Shown: positions 53,423 to 62,788 of the stretch, one piece after another
How the letters are laid out: each line of letters opens with the position of its first letter
Numbering within the stretch: the stretch's first letter is position 1
DNA from: Thermoplasmata archaeon
GTDB lineage: Archaea > Thermoplasmatota > Thermoplasmata > Lutacidiplasmatales > UBA184
DNA length: 64,000 bases
Assembly: GCA_035532555.1 (NCBI GenBank)
Contig: DATKQS010000006.1
Location: 9,380 to 73,379, forward strand
Reading direction: 5' to 3'
Position numbers and translations under genes: made by a program
The notes under the pieces: model-generated
Told to the model about the DNA's origin: nothing
Seen by the model: the letters and a program-made list of their open reading frames with translations, nothing else
The model's database searches: none

Positions 53423-54343
53423 TCACGCCCCCCGCCGTGCGAACGCGCGCCGGTATAGCTCTTCCGCATGGTAGGAACTTCGCACGAGCGGGCCCGCCTC
53501 GACTCCCGCGAAGCCGTTTTCGAGCCCCCGGGTCCGGTACCGATCGAACTCCTCGGGAGGAACGTACCGGGCCACCGCGACGTGCTCCGGTCCCGGTCGG
53601 AGGTACTGCCCCAGCGTCAGCAGATCGACCTCCGCGGCTCGCAGATCGCGCATCGTCCGCACGAGCGCGTCCTCGCTCTCTCCGAGCCCCAGCATGATCG
53701 AGCTCTTGGTCACCAGACCGGGGGACCCGATCGCCCGGGCGCGCCGGAGGACCTCGAGCGAACGCTCGTAGCTGGCGCGGGGATCGCGGACGGAGCGAGA
53801 GAGCTCCCGGACGGTCTCGATGTTGTGCGCGAGGACGTCCGGGGGATGTTCGAAGAGCTTCGCGAGCGATTCCTCTCGTCCGGCGAGGTCGCCGATGAGG
53901 AGCTCGACCCGGGCGGAGGGAGCTCGTTGTCGGATCTGGCGGACGGTATCGGACAGCACCTCGGCACCTCCGTCCTCGAGGTCGTCCCGGCAGACCTGGG
54001 TCAGCACGACATAGCGCAGCCCGGCGCGCTCGACGGCTTCGGCCACGCGCGCGGGTTCGGTCCGGTCGACCACGCCGCGGGGCCAGTGGGTCGTGACCGC
54101 ACAGAAGCCGCAGCGTCGCGTGCAGTCCGTCCCGAGCAGCATCAGCGTGGCCGTTCCGGCCGACCAGCACTCCGAGAGGTTGGGGCACCTCGCTTCCCGG
54201 CAGACGGTTCCGAGCCGGAGCTCCTCCAGCGTGGAGCGCAACTTCCCATACAGCGCGCCCTGAGGCGGGCGAGTGCGGATCCACCTCGGCAGTCGAGGCT
54301 CGGGACCCGCTCCCGAAGATGCCGGTGACGCGGGGGAGGACAC
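53423..54343 (-). CDS. lipA: Lipoyl synthase
   Basis: N-terminal auxiliary cluster CREARCPNLSEC and radical SAM motif CTRRCGFCAV; 306 aa. Confidence 0.9.
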   Translation of the reverse strand: MSSPASPASSGAGPEPRLPRWIRTRPPQGALYGKLRSTLEELRLGTVCREARCPNLSECWSAGTATLMLLGTDCTRRCGFCAVTTHWPRGVVDRTEPARVAEAVERAGLRYVVLTQVCRDDLEDGGAEVLSDTVRQIRQRAPSARVELLIGDLAGREESLAKLFEHPPDVLAHNIETVRELSRSVRDPRASYERSLEVLRRARAIGSPGLVTKSSIMLGLGESEDALVRTMRDLRAAEVDLLTLGQYLRPGPEHVAVARYVPPEEFDRYRTRGLENGFAGVEAGPLVRSSYHAEELYRRAFARRGA

Positions 54344-54368
54344 GACCCGTCGAACCGAGATATCGGGT

Positions 54369-55517
54369 TTAGGCTTTGCGAGCCCGGCCGTGGCCGAGCC
54401 GCTCTTCGATCAGCGTCCCGAGATAGCTCGCGGGGAGCTCGTCCATCGCGACGCTTGAGGACGCTCCGGACGGGCCCGTATCGAGCGCGACGAGGCCGTC
54501 GCGCTCGAGCTCCTTGAGCGTGCGCCAGAACGTCGTTCGGCTGATCGGCTTTTCGGCGAATTCCTCCAACAGCGCGGAGTGAGCGGTCCGCAGCTTCTGG
54601 CTGGGCACCGAGGACCCCTTGCCCTTCAGGGTACGCGTGAGGGCGAGCAGCACCGTGAGCGCATTGACCGAGAGGCCCTCGAGTTGCGTCTCCGTGACCG
54701 TCGAATAGATCGATCCTTTCGCGGCGCGGATGTCCTCCGCGGAGATCGCCCGGTGTCCGGCCTCTTCGGCCACATGGGCGGCGCTCCCGAGGACCTCGAT
54801 CGCGAAGCGAGCGTCCCCGTTGGGCGCCGCGATCCGCGCGATCTGCTCCAGTGTTTCGTGGGTGTAGCTCGCCGGAGCGAGCGCGACCTCGGCGCGCGCC
54901 TCGAGGATGTCCGTCAGCGCGGCCCGGTCGTACGGAGGGAGCGCCATGCGGTGCGTGACCCCGAAGCTCGACCGGCTCGCCGGGTCGAGGTACGGGAGCA
55001 GGTCCTCCGTCGCGATCAGGAGCAGCGAGATCGACCCGAGGCCGACCTCTCCGGAGCGGGAGAGGAGGTAGACGAGCTTCGTCTCCTGCCGGACGAGCGC
55101 GCTCGCCTCGTCCAGGATGACGAGGTGGTGCCGGGGATGGCGGCGGATCCCCTGCTCGAAGACGTCGAGCATCTCCGGCAGACCGTACCCTCGATCGGGT
55201 AGGGAGACATCGACCGCGCGCAACAGATCGAGCACGATCGTCCGATCGCTGGCGCGTCGCCAGGCGTTGATGTAGATCGCCTTGACCGGAGCGGGACCGA
55301 TGCGGCCGAGTCGTTCGAGATCCGCCGCGAGTCGCTTGGCGAGGGCGGTCTTGCCGCTCCCGACGCCCCCGGTCAGCAGGAGGTGGAACGGAACTCCCTT
55401 GGAAAGCGCCTCCCGGTACCGGCGGGTGAGCAGCGCGAGCTCGGCAGTGCGATGGGGCAGCTTCGGCGGAAGGAATGTCGGTTCGAGGGTCTCCTCCCGA
55501 ACGAGGATCGCACCCAC
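54369..55517 (-). CDS. cdc6: Orc1/Cdc6 replication initiator
   Basis: AAA+ Walker A LLTGGVGSGKTALAKRL, Walker B LVILDEA, sensor motifs, and a C-terminal winged helix (TFWRTLKELERDGLV); 382 aa. Confidence 0.9.
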   Translation of the reverse strand: MGAILVREETLEPTFLPPKLPHRTAELALLTRRYREALSKGVPFHLLLTGGVGSGKTALAKRLAADLERLGRIGPAPVKAIYINAWRRASDRTIVLDLLRAVDVSLPDRGYGLPEMLDVFEQGIRRHPRHHLVILDEASALVRQETKLVYLLSRSGEVGLGSISLLLIATEDLLPYLDPASRSSFGVTHRMALPPYDRAALTDILEARAEVALAPASYTHETLEQIARIAAPNGDARFAIEVLGSAAHVAEEAGHRAISAEDIRAAKGSIYSTVTETQLEGLSVNALTVLLALTRTLKGKGSSVPSQKLRTAHSALLEEFAEKPISRTTFWRTLKELERDGLVALDTGPSGASSSVAMDELPASYLGTLIEERLGHGRARKA

Positions 55518-55559
55518 GTCTTCCTCCCTGGTGAGGGGCGAGGCATCTTGGGTAGGATA

Positions 55560-56198
55560 TCACCTTCGACGCCGCGGCCGGGTCCGGCTCCGAGCCGCGA
55601 GCTTGTTTCGGATCGACCTCGCGGCCGCGTCGGCGACCTCCCGAGCCGTGTTCCGCGCATCGACCACGAGCCAGCCATTCCGACGGGCGAATCGCCGGTA
55701 GGCACGCGCGACGCGCTCCTGGGTCCGCCGCCGCTCGAGCGGGCTCTTCGCCGAGGCGCGGGATCCGACGCGACGCATCGCCTCGGTCGGATCGAGGTCG
55801 ATCAGAATCACCTGGTCGGGCTCTACGGTGGCGTGGGCCTGGAGCCCGGCCAGCTTCCGCTGCCGCTCGGGAGCGAGCGCGCTCCCCTGGTAGGCGAGGG
55901 TCGACCAGTAGGAGCGGTCGGTGAGCACGACGGACGCCGCGCGAAGATCGCGTTCGAGATCCGCGCGGGCGAGGTAGCGGTCGAGCGTGAAGTACACCGC
56001 GCCGGTCCACGGATCCTGTACGCTCGCGGCCTGAGCCTTCCGATTGAGTTCGGCGGATGCGGGCTCCCTGCGGGTCAGCACGCGCAGTCCCTCTCGGCGG
56101 AGGCGCGAGGCCACGCGGCGAACGGCCGTGGACTTCCCGGCTCCGTCGATTCCCTCGAAGGCGACGTACCACGCTCGGCGCGGGGCGTTGCCCTTCAT
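55560..56198 (-). CDS. tmk: Thymidylate kinase
   Basis: P-loop FEGIDGAGKST; DRY/LID region; 211 aa from internal MKGNAPRRAWYVAFEG. Confidence 0.85.
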   Translation of the reverse strand: MKGNAPRRAWYVAFEGIDGAGKSTAVRRVASRLRREGLRVLTRREPASAELNRKAQAASVQDPWTGAVYFTLDRYLARADLERDLRAASVVLTDRSYWSTLAYQGSALAPERQRKLAGLQAHATVEPDQVILIDLDPTEAMRRVGSRASAKSPLERRRTQERVARAYRRFARRNGWLVVDARNTAREVADAAARSIRNKLAARSRTRPRRRR

Positions 56199-57067
56199 GG
56201 AGAGGCCCCCTTCCCGATCTCGGGGGCCCAACCGTACACCTGCCGGATCGAGTCGACGAACGGGATACGCAGTTGCTCTGCGGCAGTGGTCGAGCGCTCC
56301 GCGATGGCGCGCGCCCTCCTCGGCACTGTTGCGAGATCGAGCACGGCACCGGGGCGAGCGGGGTCGTCCAGGAAGTCGGTCTCGAGGAACCAAGGGCCGG
56401 GGTCCGCGAGGGCCCGATCGACCAGCTCGCGCCGCGCGAGGAAGGACGGGGCGACTCCGGCCCGATCCGGCTCGGCGACGTAGCGGCGGGCGTAGTGCTT
56501 GATCAAACGATGCGCGGGAAGGCCGGCGGCTCGGCCGAGCGCGGCGATCGCGCGGTACCCGTTCGCGTCAAGATCCTCGCAGTGGATCACCGCCGGACAG
56601 TCGGAGTCCCGGGCGACCTCGAGGGCGTGACGGAACGCCTCTTCGCACGCCGCGCGCGTGGCCGCATCGACCTCGAAGTGAGGACGTCCGACCTCTCCGA
56701 TGGCCACCGCGCGGTGCTCGCGGACCCACCGTCCCGCGAGATCGAGCGCGGCCCGTTGCAGATCGAGAGCGGCCGGTAGGCCGATCGACGAGGAAACGTG
56801 AACAAGATCGATCGGGTACGGCGCGACCACGGAGTAGACCACCACCCCGACCTCGTCGTGGATCTGGCGTCCGAGGCGCTCCGTGACCTCGAACTGTTGA
56901 GCGTAGTCCGCGACCGAGCTCGGGGGCCGGCCGGCGTAGTTCTGCGTGGCAAGGAAGAGGTGAGTGCCGCCGGCGGAGTGGAAGCGGCGTGCGGCCGCAA
57001 CGCCTTCCCCGGTCGGCGACAGATGACAGTGGTGATCGACGACCGGAAGGTCGGAAGGGAACGGCAC
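56195..57067 (-). CDS. TatD-family metal-dependent hydrolase (TatD-related DNase)
   Basis: VVDHHCHL N-terminal His pair, ...IGEVG..., ...VIHCED... metal ligands in TatD order; 290 aa. Confidence 0.75.
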   Translation of the reverse strand: MPFPSDLPVVDHHCHLSPTGEGVAAARRFHSAGGTHLFLATQNYAGRPPSSVADYAQQFEVTERLGRQIHDEVGVVVYSVVAPYPIDLVHVSSSIGLPAALDLQRAALDLAGRWVREHRAVAIGEVGRPHFEVDAATRAACEEAFRHALEVARDSDCPAVIHCEDLDANGYRAIAALGRAAGLPAHRLIKHYARRYVAEPDRAGVAPSFLARRELVDRALADPGPWFLETDFLDDPARPGAVLDLATVPRRARAIAERSTTAAEQLRIPFVDSIRQVYGWAPEIGKGASP

Positions 57068-57096
57068 GGCGTCCGTCCCGGGGCCCGGAGCGCCTC

Positions 57097-57645
57097 CTAG
57101 CGCAGGAGGCCGGCGCCCTGGAGCTCCTTGGTGATCTTCTTGACCGCGACCTCGACATCGGAGGGTTTGCGCGCCCCCGTGCAGACCAGCTTGCCGCTTC
57201 CGAAGAGGAGCACGACGACGCGCGGGTCCTGGATCCGGCAGACCAACCCGGGGAACTGCTCGGGCTCGTACTCGACTCGGTCGAGACCGAGAGTGACGGC
57301 GATCGCGTTGAGGTTGATCTCGCTTTCCAGATCAGAGCTCGCGACGATGTTCTGGACGGCGATCTTGGGCTTCAAGATGATCTTCTGTCCGCCCTTCTTG
57401 ATCTGCGCGGCCACGGTGTGGATCGAGTCCTCGACCTCCTTCATGCTCTTCGCGCCGGTGCAGACGACCTTCCCGGAGCGGAACAATAGGATCGCCGTCT
57501 TCGGCTTCTTGAGCCGGTAGATCAGGCCCGGAAACTGCTCCGGCTCGTACTCCGCGCCGTCCAGGCCGAGGGCGATCGACTGAAGATCGAGCTCATCACC
57601 CAACGAGGTCGATGCGACCACGTTCTCGATACGAATCTTGACCAT
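57097..57645 (-). CDS. tbp: TATA-box-binding protein
   Basis: Two direct TBP repeats (IENVVAS...LEQIALGLDGAEYEPEQFPGLIYRL... / IQNIVASSDL...IAVTLGLDRVEYEPEQFPGLVCRI...); 182 aa. Confidence 0.95.
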   Translation of the reverse strand: MVKIRIENVVASTSLGDELDLQSIALGLDGAEYEPEQFPGLIYRLKKPKTAILLFRSGKVVCTGAKSMKEVEDSIHTVAAQIKKGGQKIILKPKIAVQNIVASSDLESEINLNAIAVTLGLDRVEYEPEQFPGLVCRIQDPRVVVLLFGSGKLVCTGARKPSDVEVAVKKITKELQGAGLLR

Positions 57646-57649
57646 GGTT

Positions 57650-57700
57650 TCGAGGTTGAAGTATTTAGGCCGTTATTTAAATGTATTTAAAGCGCCTGCC
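57650..57700 (-). promoter_or_regulatory. tbp promoter: AT-rich island with three direct TATTTA(A) repeats (tandem TTTAAATA TATA boxes)
   Basis: On the minus strand: gcgcTTTAAATAcaTTTAAATAacggccTAAATAc...N16-ATG. The proximal TTTAAATA ends ~28 nt before the tbp ATG, which implies a leaderless mRNA. Confidence 0.5.
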
Positions 57701-57908
57701 GCGCCTGGGGGTCCAGCGCTATTCCCCGACGGGCAGGTCGAACGTGCCCCACCGGCCGCGCCCGGAGCATCTCATGTACCGCTTCGAGTCCAGCTGTACT
57801 GCACTCGGGGAAGCGCCCACGAAGAAGTCGTAGTCGAATTTTGTCCTTCGCATCGCCGGCAGGTCAAGGGAAACTCTTGCATGGTGAAGAGCGGTGCTCT
57901 CGAGGTGC

Positions 57909-58574
57909 TTACCCCGTTCGGCGGGCTCGGTTCAAGTCGGGAACGCTGGACGACTCGCGGACGGCACGATTGTCCTCGGGATCGTCCGGGTATCCGAAGA
58001 ACTTGAGCAAGAGCCGGCGGGTGAAGCCCCAGAGAACGTGATCTGCGTACATCACCGCGGGAACCTCCATCGTCCCGCGGTCGGTGGGTCGCGGCACACG
58101 CTCCGATCGCTCCAGGGCGGAGCGGGGGAGCCAAAAGATGCTCGCGACCTCCGTCGGGCTGTGCGCCGTCGGGCCGGGGGCCGGGTCGCCGAGCTCGGCG
58201 GCGAAGACGGCAACATCCATGGAGAAGGCCCGCGCGGGCTCGATCCCCACGAATCGTGGGGCCGAACGGAGGTCCCCGGGCCGGAGACCGACCTCTTCCG
58301 CGCATTCCCGCAAGGCGGTCTCGGCGAGCGAACGATCGCCCTCTTGCACGTGGCCTCCAGGGAGCGCGATCTGACCGGAGGCCCGATCGTTGGAGCGGAT
58401 CGCGCGCTCGATGAGGAGGGTCTCGATGTCGCGAGCGCCCTCGCGCAGGATGATCAATACGGCCGCTCCCGCAAGGTTCGTGGGTAGAGCCGTGGGAGCG
58501 AAGCGTTGGAGCAGGGCGGGGATGCGGTCGCCCGGAGGCTTGGAGTGTGGTTCTTTTCCGCCGGTCGCGCTCAC
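57909..58574 (-). CDS. NUDIX hydrolase
   Basis: Nudix box GGHVQEGDRSLAETALRECAEEVGL (GX5EX7REUXEEXGU); 221 aa; GTG start. Confidence 0.8.
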   Translation of the reverse strand: MSATGGKEPHSKPPGDRIPALLQRFAPTALPTNLAGAAVLIILREGARDIETLLIERAIRSNDRASGQIALPGGHVQEGDRSLAETALRECAEEVGLRPGDLRSAPRFVGIEPARAFSMDVAVFAAELGDPAPGPTAHSPTEVASIFWLPRSALERSERVPRPTDRGTMEVPAVMYADHVLWGFTRRLLLKFFGYPDDPEDNRAVRESSSVPDLNRARRTG

Positions 58575-58744
58575 GCTTGCCAGTCGTACGTGACCTTGGA
58601 CCGGACGACCTTCTGGTCGACCGGGTGCTCCCCGCGCTCGGCCGCGGATCGTTCGAGATCCACGATGCGGTCCTTGAGCGCTTGGATCTCGCGCTCCATT
58701 GCGCGCAGGCGAGCCTCCACTTCGGGGGGAACGGGATTCGCCAT
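58571..58744 (-). CDS. Small coiled-coil protein (57 aa) translationally coupled (GTGA overlap) to the NUDIX gene
   Basis: MANPVPPEVEARLRAMEREIQALKDRIVDLERSAAERGEHPVDQKVVRSKVTYDWQA; heptad-like charged helix. Below the ORF-track length cutoff, so identified by hand. Confidence 0.35.
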   Translation of the reverse strand: MANPVPPEVEARLRAMEREIQALKDRIVDLERSAAERGEHPVDQKVVRSKVTYDWQA

Positions 58745-58793
58745 CGGTGCTGGTCCTCTGGAGGGCGGACGGGGCCTTAACCTCGGCCCCCCC

Positions 58794-59624
58794 TCATGGT
58801 GCCGGACCTGACGGACCCGCGGCCGCGGAGCTCGCCCCGGCCGATTGGAGGAAGCCCGAAATCGCCTGCGCGGTCTCGGTCGGTCGCTCCACGGGGATCA
58901 TGTGGCCCGTGTCCCGGAACAGTCGGAGCTCGGAACCCGGGATCGATTGACGCAGGAATCGTCCGTGCGACCCGTCGATGACCCGGTCGTCCATCGCCTG
59001 GATGATCAGGGTCGGGAGCCGGATCCGCAAGAGGCGGCCCCGGAGGTCGAAGCTCTGGATGGCACGCCCCCACAACGCGACCGCGCGGAAGGAACGCTCG
59101 TCGAACTGCGATCGCATCCGGTCCAGATAATCGAGGTGCGCTTCGATCCACTCGGGGTAGTACAGGTCCTTGACCAGCAGGAGCAGTAGGGCCTCGCGCC
59201 CCTCGGTCTCGTAGGTCTTCGCCCAGTTCTCTCCGACCTCCTTCGTGTGGGGATCGCAGCGAGCCGACGCGCCGAGCACCGTCAGGCTCACCAGGCGCGT
59301 CGGATGATCGAGGGCCATGCGCATCGCGAGGAACCCTCCCGCGCTCAGGCCGACCAGGTGGCAGCGCGCGAGCCCCCGTTTCTCCAACAGCTGGAGGAGG
59401 TCCCTCTCCAGCTCCTCGAAGGAGAAGCGCGAATTCTCGCCGTCGGAGGACCGTCCGTGACCCCGCAAATCGGGCGCGATCACTCGGAACTTGTCCGAAA
59501 GGAGAGGGATGACGCCGTTCCACACCTGATGGTCGCCCCCGAGCCCATGGAGGAGAACCAGCGCCGGACCGTTCCCTTCCTCCCGAGCGTACAGTTCCAC
59601 GGGAGGGGAGATGGGCTCCGACAT
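58794..59624 (-). CDS. Alpha/beta-fold hydrolase
   Basis: HGLGGDHQVW oxyanion region, nucleophile elbow GLSAGG, C-terminal catalytic His (DTGHMIP); 276 aa. Confidence 0.85.
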   Translation of the reverse strand: MSEPISPPVELYAREEGNGPALVLLHGLGGDHQVWNGVIPLLSDKFRVIAPDLRGHGRSSDGENSRFSFEELERDLLQLLEKRGLARCHLVGLSAGGFLAMRMALDHPTRLVSLTVLGASARCDPHTKEVGENWAKTYETEGREALLLLLVKDLYYPEWIEAHLDYLDRMRSQFDERSFRAVALWGRAIQSFDLRGRLLRIRLPTLIIQAMDDRVIDGSHGRFLRQSIPGSELRLFRDTGHMIPVERPTETAQAISGFLQSAGASSAAAGPSGPAP

Positions 59625-60019
59625 GACCCCGCAACGGAGCCTCCCGTCTTAACAGCTAGTCCAGGTTCCGAGGTGATGCCGCGTTTCCCGGGCCGGTGAT
59701 GCTAACGATTGGGCAGATCCGGGCTTCGGTCCGATCCCGAGCCGGCCCAGTCTCAGTTGAAGCGGATTCGGGACGTGTCCCTTCGTGGGTAGATCCGCGC
59801 CTCAGAGGACGATATCCCCGCTCTCCGCGGAAGGCACGTTGTTCGCGTCCGCCCTGATGATTCGAAGCCGCTCCACAGAGCTCCCGTACTAGGCGTCGGA
59901 ATCCGACAGCCCCGGTATCGAGGGAGGTCGCCCGTCGATTTCTACCCGCGAATGCGCGCGAAGGGCACGGGCGTTCGATTCCGCACGCCTAAATACTGCC
60001 CCATCGGTGGTAGGCCGCG

Positions 60020-60646
60020 ATGTCGCGCGGCGTGATGCTGATGAGCGGTGGGATCGACTCGCCGGTCTCGCTGTACTACCTCCTCCGCCAGGGTCACGAG
60101 ATGATCACCGTCCACATGGACAACCGACCGTTCACCGACGATTCGCCGCTGGAGAAGGTCGTGGACCACCTCCAGGTGCTGCGCGAGCGCTTCCACCAGC
60201 CCATCCCGCTGTATGTCCTGCCGCACGGACCGACCCAGATCACGCTGATGCGGAACACCGATCGCCACGTGGGTTGCGTGCTCTGCCGCCGGTTCATGTG
60301 GCGATCGGCAGAGCGGATCGCGGAACGGGAGAACGCGACGTTCCTCGCGACCGGCGAATCCCTCGGTCAGGTCGCATCGCAAACGCTCAGCAACATGCGC
60401 TCCGCGACCTCGAGCGTACGCCTGCCGATCGTCCGACCGCTCATCGGATTCGACAAGATCGAGATCGAGACGGTGGCGAAGGAGATCGACACCTACGAGA
60501 TCTCCACCCGCCCGGGCCTCTGCTGCCAGGCCGTCCCCGACAAGCCGGCGACGCGCTCGAACCTTGTCCAGATCCTGGGCGAAGAGGAGCGGATCGATGT
60601 CGACGACATGATCGAGGAGTGCATCCGCAAAGCCATCGTGATGTGA
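60020..60646 (+). CDS. PP-loop ATP pyrophosphatase, ThiI-like tRNA sulfurtransferase catalytic domain (no THUMP domain)
   Basis: PP-loop LMSGGIDSPV at the N-terminus; ...FLATGESLGQVASQTL...; 208 aa. Confidence 0.7.
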   Translation: MSRGVMLMSGGIDSPVSLYYLLRQGHEMITVHMDNRPFTDDSPLEKVVDHLQVLRERFHQPIPLYVLPHGPTQITLMRNTDRHVGCVLCRRFMWRSAERIAERENATFLATGESLGQVASQTLSNMRSATSSVRLPIVRPLIGFDKIEIETVAKEIDTYEISTRPGLCCQAVPDKPATRSNLVQILGEEERIDVDDMIEECIRKAIVM

Positions 60647-60711
60647 CGGGATCGGGTGCGGACACCTCGAACCGGCCGAGCCTCTATTAGGACCGCGAGC
60701 TTGTTCGAGCC

Positions 60712-62175
60712 GTGGCCGCGTGGGGCAGCGGATTCGCCGCTCCGTGGGCCCTCGGTCTGTATATCGGGACCTTCGCGATCCTCGGCTGGCTCGTATTGTG
60801 GTACGAGAGGGAAGCTCAGGGCGCTTCGAGCGGATGGGCCCACCGCTGGGTCGCGCGGCTCACGGGCGGAAGCGACCTCTCCTGGATCGATGCGCGGCTC
60901 CTGACGGCGGTCGCCGCCGGAGCGTTCGCGCTCGGTGCGATCGCGAACGCAGCGTTGGGAGCGTACGCCTGCAGTGCCCCCGGTCCCTCCGACCTCACGA
61001 CGCTCTTCACCTCGGGCCAGGAATTCCTGCGGGGGGGCGATCCGTTCACGATCACCGCCTGCGGGGTCTCAGGAAACCCGGTGCCCGCCGGAATGGCGTC
61101 GGTCCTCCTCGACGCGCTCGGCAGCCTCGGCGGGGAGGTGGGGACCCTACTGGTCTGGGGAGCGGTCTCCGTCGCGCTCGTGCCGCTCGTCTGGAGCCTC
61201 GCTGGCACGCGCCGGGCCGTGACGACCGTCGGAATCCTCGTCTCGTTCCTCTATCTACCGGTGGTCGCGGTCCAGGTGGATGGCGCGAGCCTCGCGATCG
61301 TTCCGCTGGCCGTGCTCCTCGTGCTTTACCTCGCCCGTCGCGGTTGGGCGCGGGCGGCGGCCATCGGCGGGTTCCTCGCGACGGGACGGTTCCCCGCGCT
61401 GTTCCCGATCTTGGCCGCGACCGGTCGTGCCGGAGCGCGCCGGGCGATCGCCTTCGCGAGCGCGCTGGGGATCTTTGCGGCCGTCACGCTGATCTCGATC
61501 GCAATCTACGGGAGCGCCTTCCCCGGTCCGGTGTTCTTCGCCCAGTTCGCCCGCGGGGATTCCTCGCTGAACTACTGGGGCGTCCTGCAGGGCGAGGGCT
61601 GGCTCAACACCTCGAGCGCGCTGACGATCGTTCAGGCCTCGCTCACCATCGTCCTCGTGGGAGTGACGTGGGTGTGGGCTCGCTCCGCGCTCGGAGCGAT
61701 CGCGATCGTCCTGACGGGCACGGTCCTGCTGACTCAGTATCTCTCCTTCACGGCCCTGATCTTCCTCCTTCCGGTCGCCCTGTTCGGTTCCCGGGCGCGA
61801 TGGTGGCTGTGGGCGATCGGGCTCGTTGCGATCTCGAACTACCTCCTCGCCATCCAGTCCTACGCGTCGATCGGCGGCTCCGCGATTCCATCGTACGTTC
61901 TGGATCTCGCTCTCACGGTGCTGGTCCTCGGATTGCTGATCGAGTTGCTCCGGACGGAACTGGCCCGGTATCCGAGCCCTGAAGGTTCGATCGAGGCGGC
62001 GATGTCCGGGGACGAGCGGCCGGCACCGCGCGCCCGCGATTCGCCATCTCGAGCGAGCGGCCTCCATCCAACGCCCCTGAGGAGCCGACTCGGACGGGAG
62101 AACGCCGAATCCTACCCTCGCGGGGCGGCACCGCGTCGCGAGCCGACGCTTGAAATACGCGAGCGCGTCATCTAG
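60712..62175 (+). CDS. Polytopic membrane protein, possibly GT-C-fold glycosyltransferase-like (DUF2029-like)
   Basis: 487 aa, ~12 TM, Arg-rich loops, soluble Pro/Arg-rich C-terminal tail. The functional assignment is speculative. Confidence 0.55.
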   Translation: MAAWGSGFAAPWALGLYIGTFAILGWLVLWYEREAQGASSGWAHRWVARLTGGSDLSWIDARLLTAVAAGAFALGAIANAALGAYACSAPGPSDLTTLFTSGQEFLRGGDPFTITACGVSGNPVPAGMASVLLDALGSLGGEVGTLLVWGAVSVALVPLVWSLAGTRRAVTTVGILVSFLYLPVVAVQVDGASLAIVPLAVLLVLYLARRGWARAAAIGGFLATGRFPALFPILAATGRAGARRAIAFASALGIFAAVTLISIAIYGSAFPGPVFFAQFARGDSSLNYWGVLQGEGWLNTSSALTIVQASLTIVLVGVTWVWARSALGAIAIVLTGTVLLTQYLSFTALIFLLPVALFGSRARWWLWAIGLVAISNYLLAIQSYASIGGSAIPSYVLDLALTVLVLGLLIELLRTELARYPSPEGSIEAAMSGDERPAPRARDSPSRASGLHPTPLRSRLGRENAESYPRGAAPRREPTLEIRERVI

Positions 62176-62680
62176 GACGATGGCGCCGAGCTCGACGCCG
62201 ACCTATCCGGTCGGCGCGTACTACCTGACGATCTTCGGCGGGATCGTCATCGCGTTCGTCGGCGTGATTCTGTTCTTCGCCGGCATTACCTTCACGATCT
62301 TCTTCTCGGAGGTCGGGACGACGATCCTGATCTTCTCGTTCCTGGGAGTCCTGGTCGGACTGCTGCTGCTCGTGTGCGCGTGGATGCTGCGGCACACGCA
62401 CCGGTGGACCTCCGCGATCGGAGTGCTGATCGTGCTCCTCGCCGGAGCGAGCCTGCCGTTCACGCTGGGCGGATTCGGCTTCGGCTTCATCCTCGCCCTA
62501 GTCGGAGGGATCCTCGCCATCCTGTGGAAACCGTCCGCCCGTGGCCCGATGTTCGTCTACACCACCCCCGCCGGCGCGTCTCCCAACCTCCCATCGCTCC
62601 AGCGCGTTTGTCCGGCATGCGGCGCGATGAGCTCGCCGGGCTCGACGTTCTGCTCGAAGTGCGGGAAACCGTACGCCTGA
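62150..62680 (+). CDS. Membrane-anchored zinc-ribbon protein (4 TM + C-terminal CxxC...CxxC)
   Basis: 176 aa: four hydrophobic helices, then ...RVCPACGAMSSPGSTFCSKCGKPYA. Confidence 0.6.
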   Translation: MKYASASSRTMAPSSTPTYPVGAYYLTIFGGIVIAFVGVILFFAGITFTIFFSEVGTTILIFSFLGVLVGLLLLVCAWMLRHTHRWTSAIGVLIVLLAGASLPFTLGGFGFGFILALVGGILAILWKPSARGPMFVYTTPAGASPNLPSLQRVCPACGAMSSPGSTFCSKCGKPYA

Positions 62681-62788
62681 ACGCGAGGCCCGTACTCTTG
62701 GGAACGGCGTCCGGTACCCGGTACCCCGAGCTCCAGGACCGAGAGCGTATTCGGCCGATTGGACTCGGCTTGAAATAGGCGAAGGGGC

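Noticed and set aside
54343-55560. Replication origin adjacent to orc1/cdc6
   Set aside because: The flanking intergenic gaps are only 25-42 nt and GC-rich, with no ORB-like inverted repeats and no AT-rich unwinding element visible. I report this as an open question rather than a feature.
59940-59995. ggcgttcgattccgc T-arm-like motif upstream of the ThiI-like gene
   Set aside because: The flanking sequence does not pair into a T-stem, and no complementary acceptor halves are present. It is likely chance similarity to the TTCGATTCC consensus.
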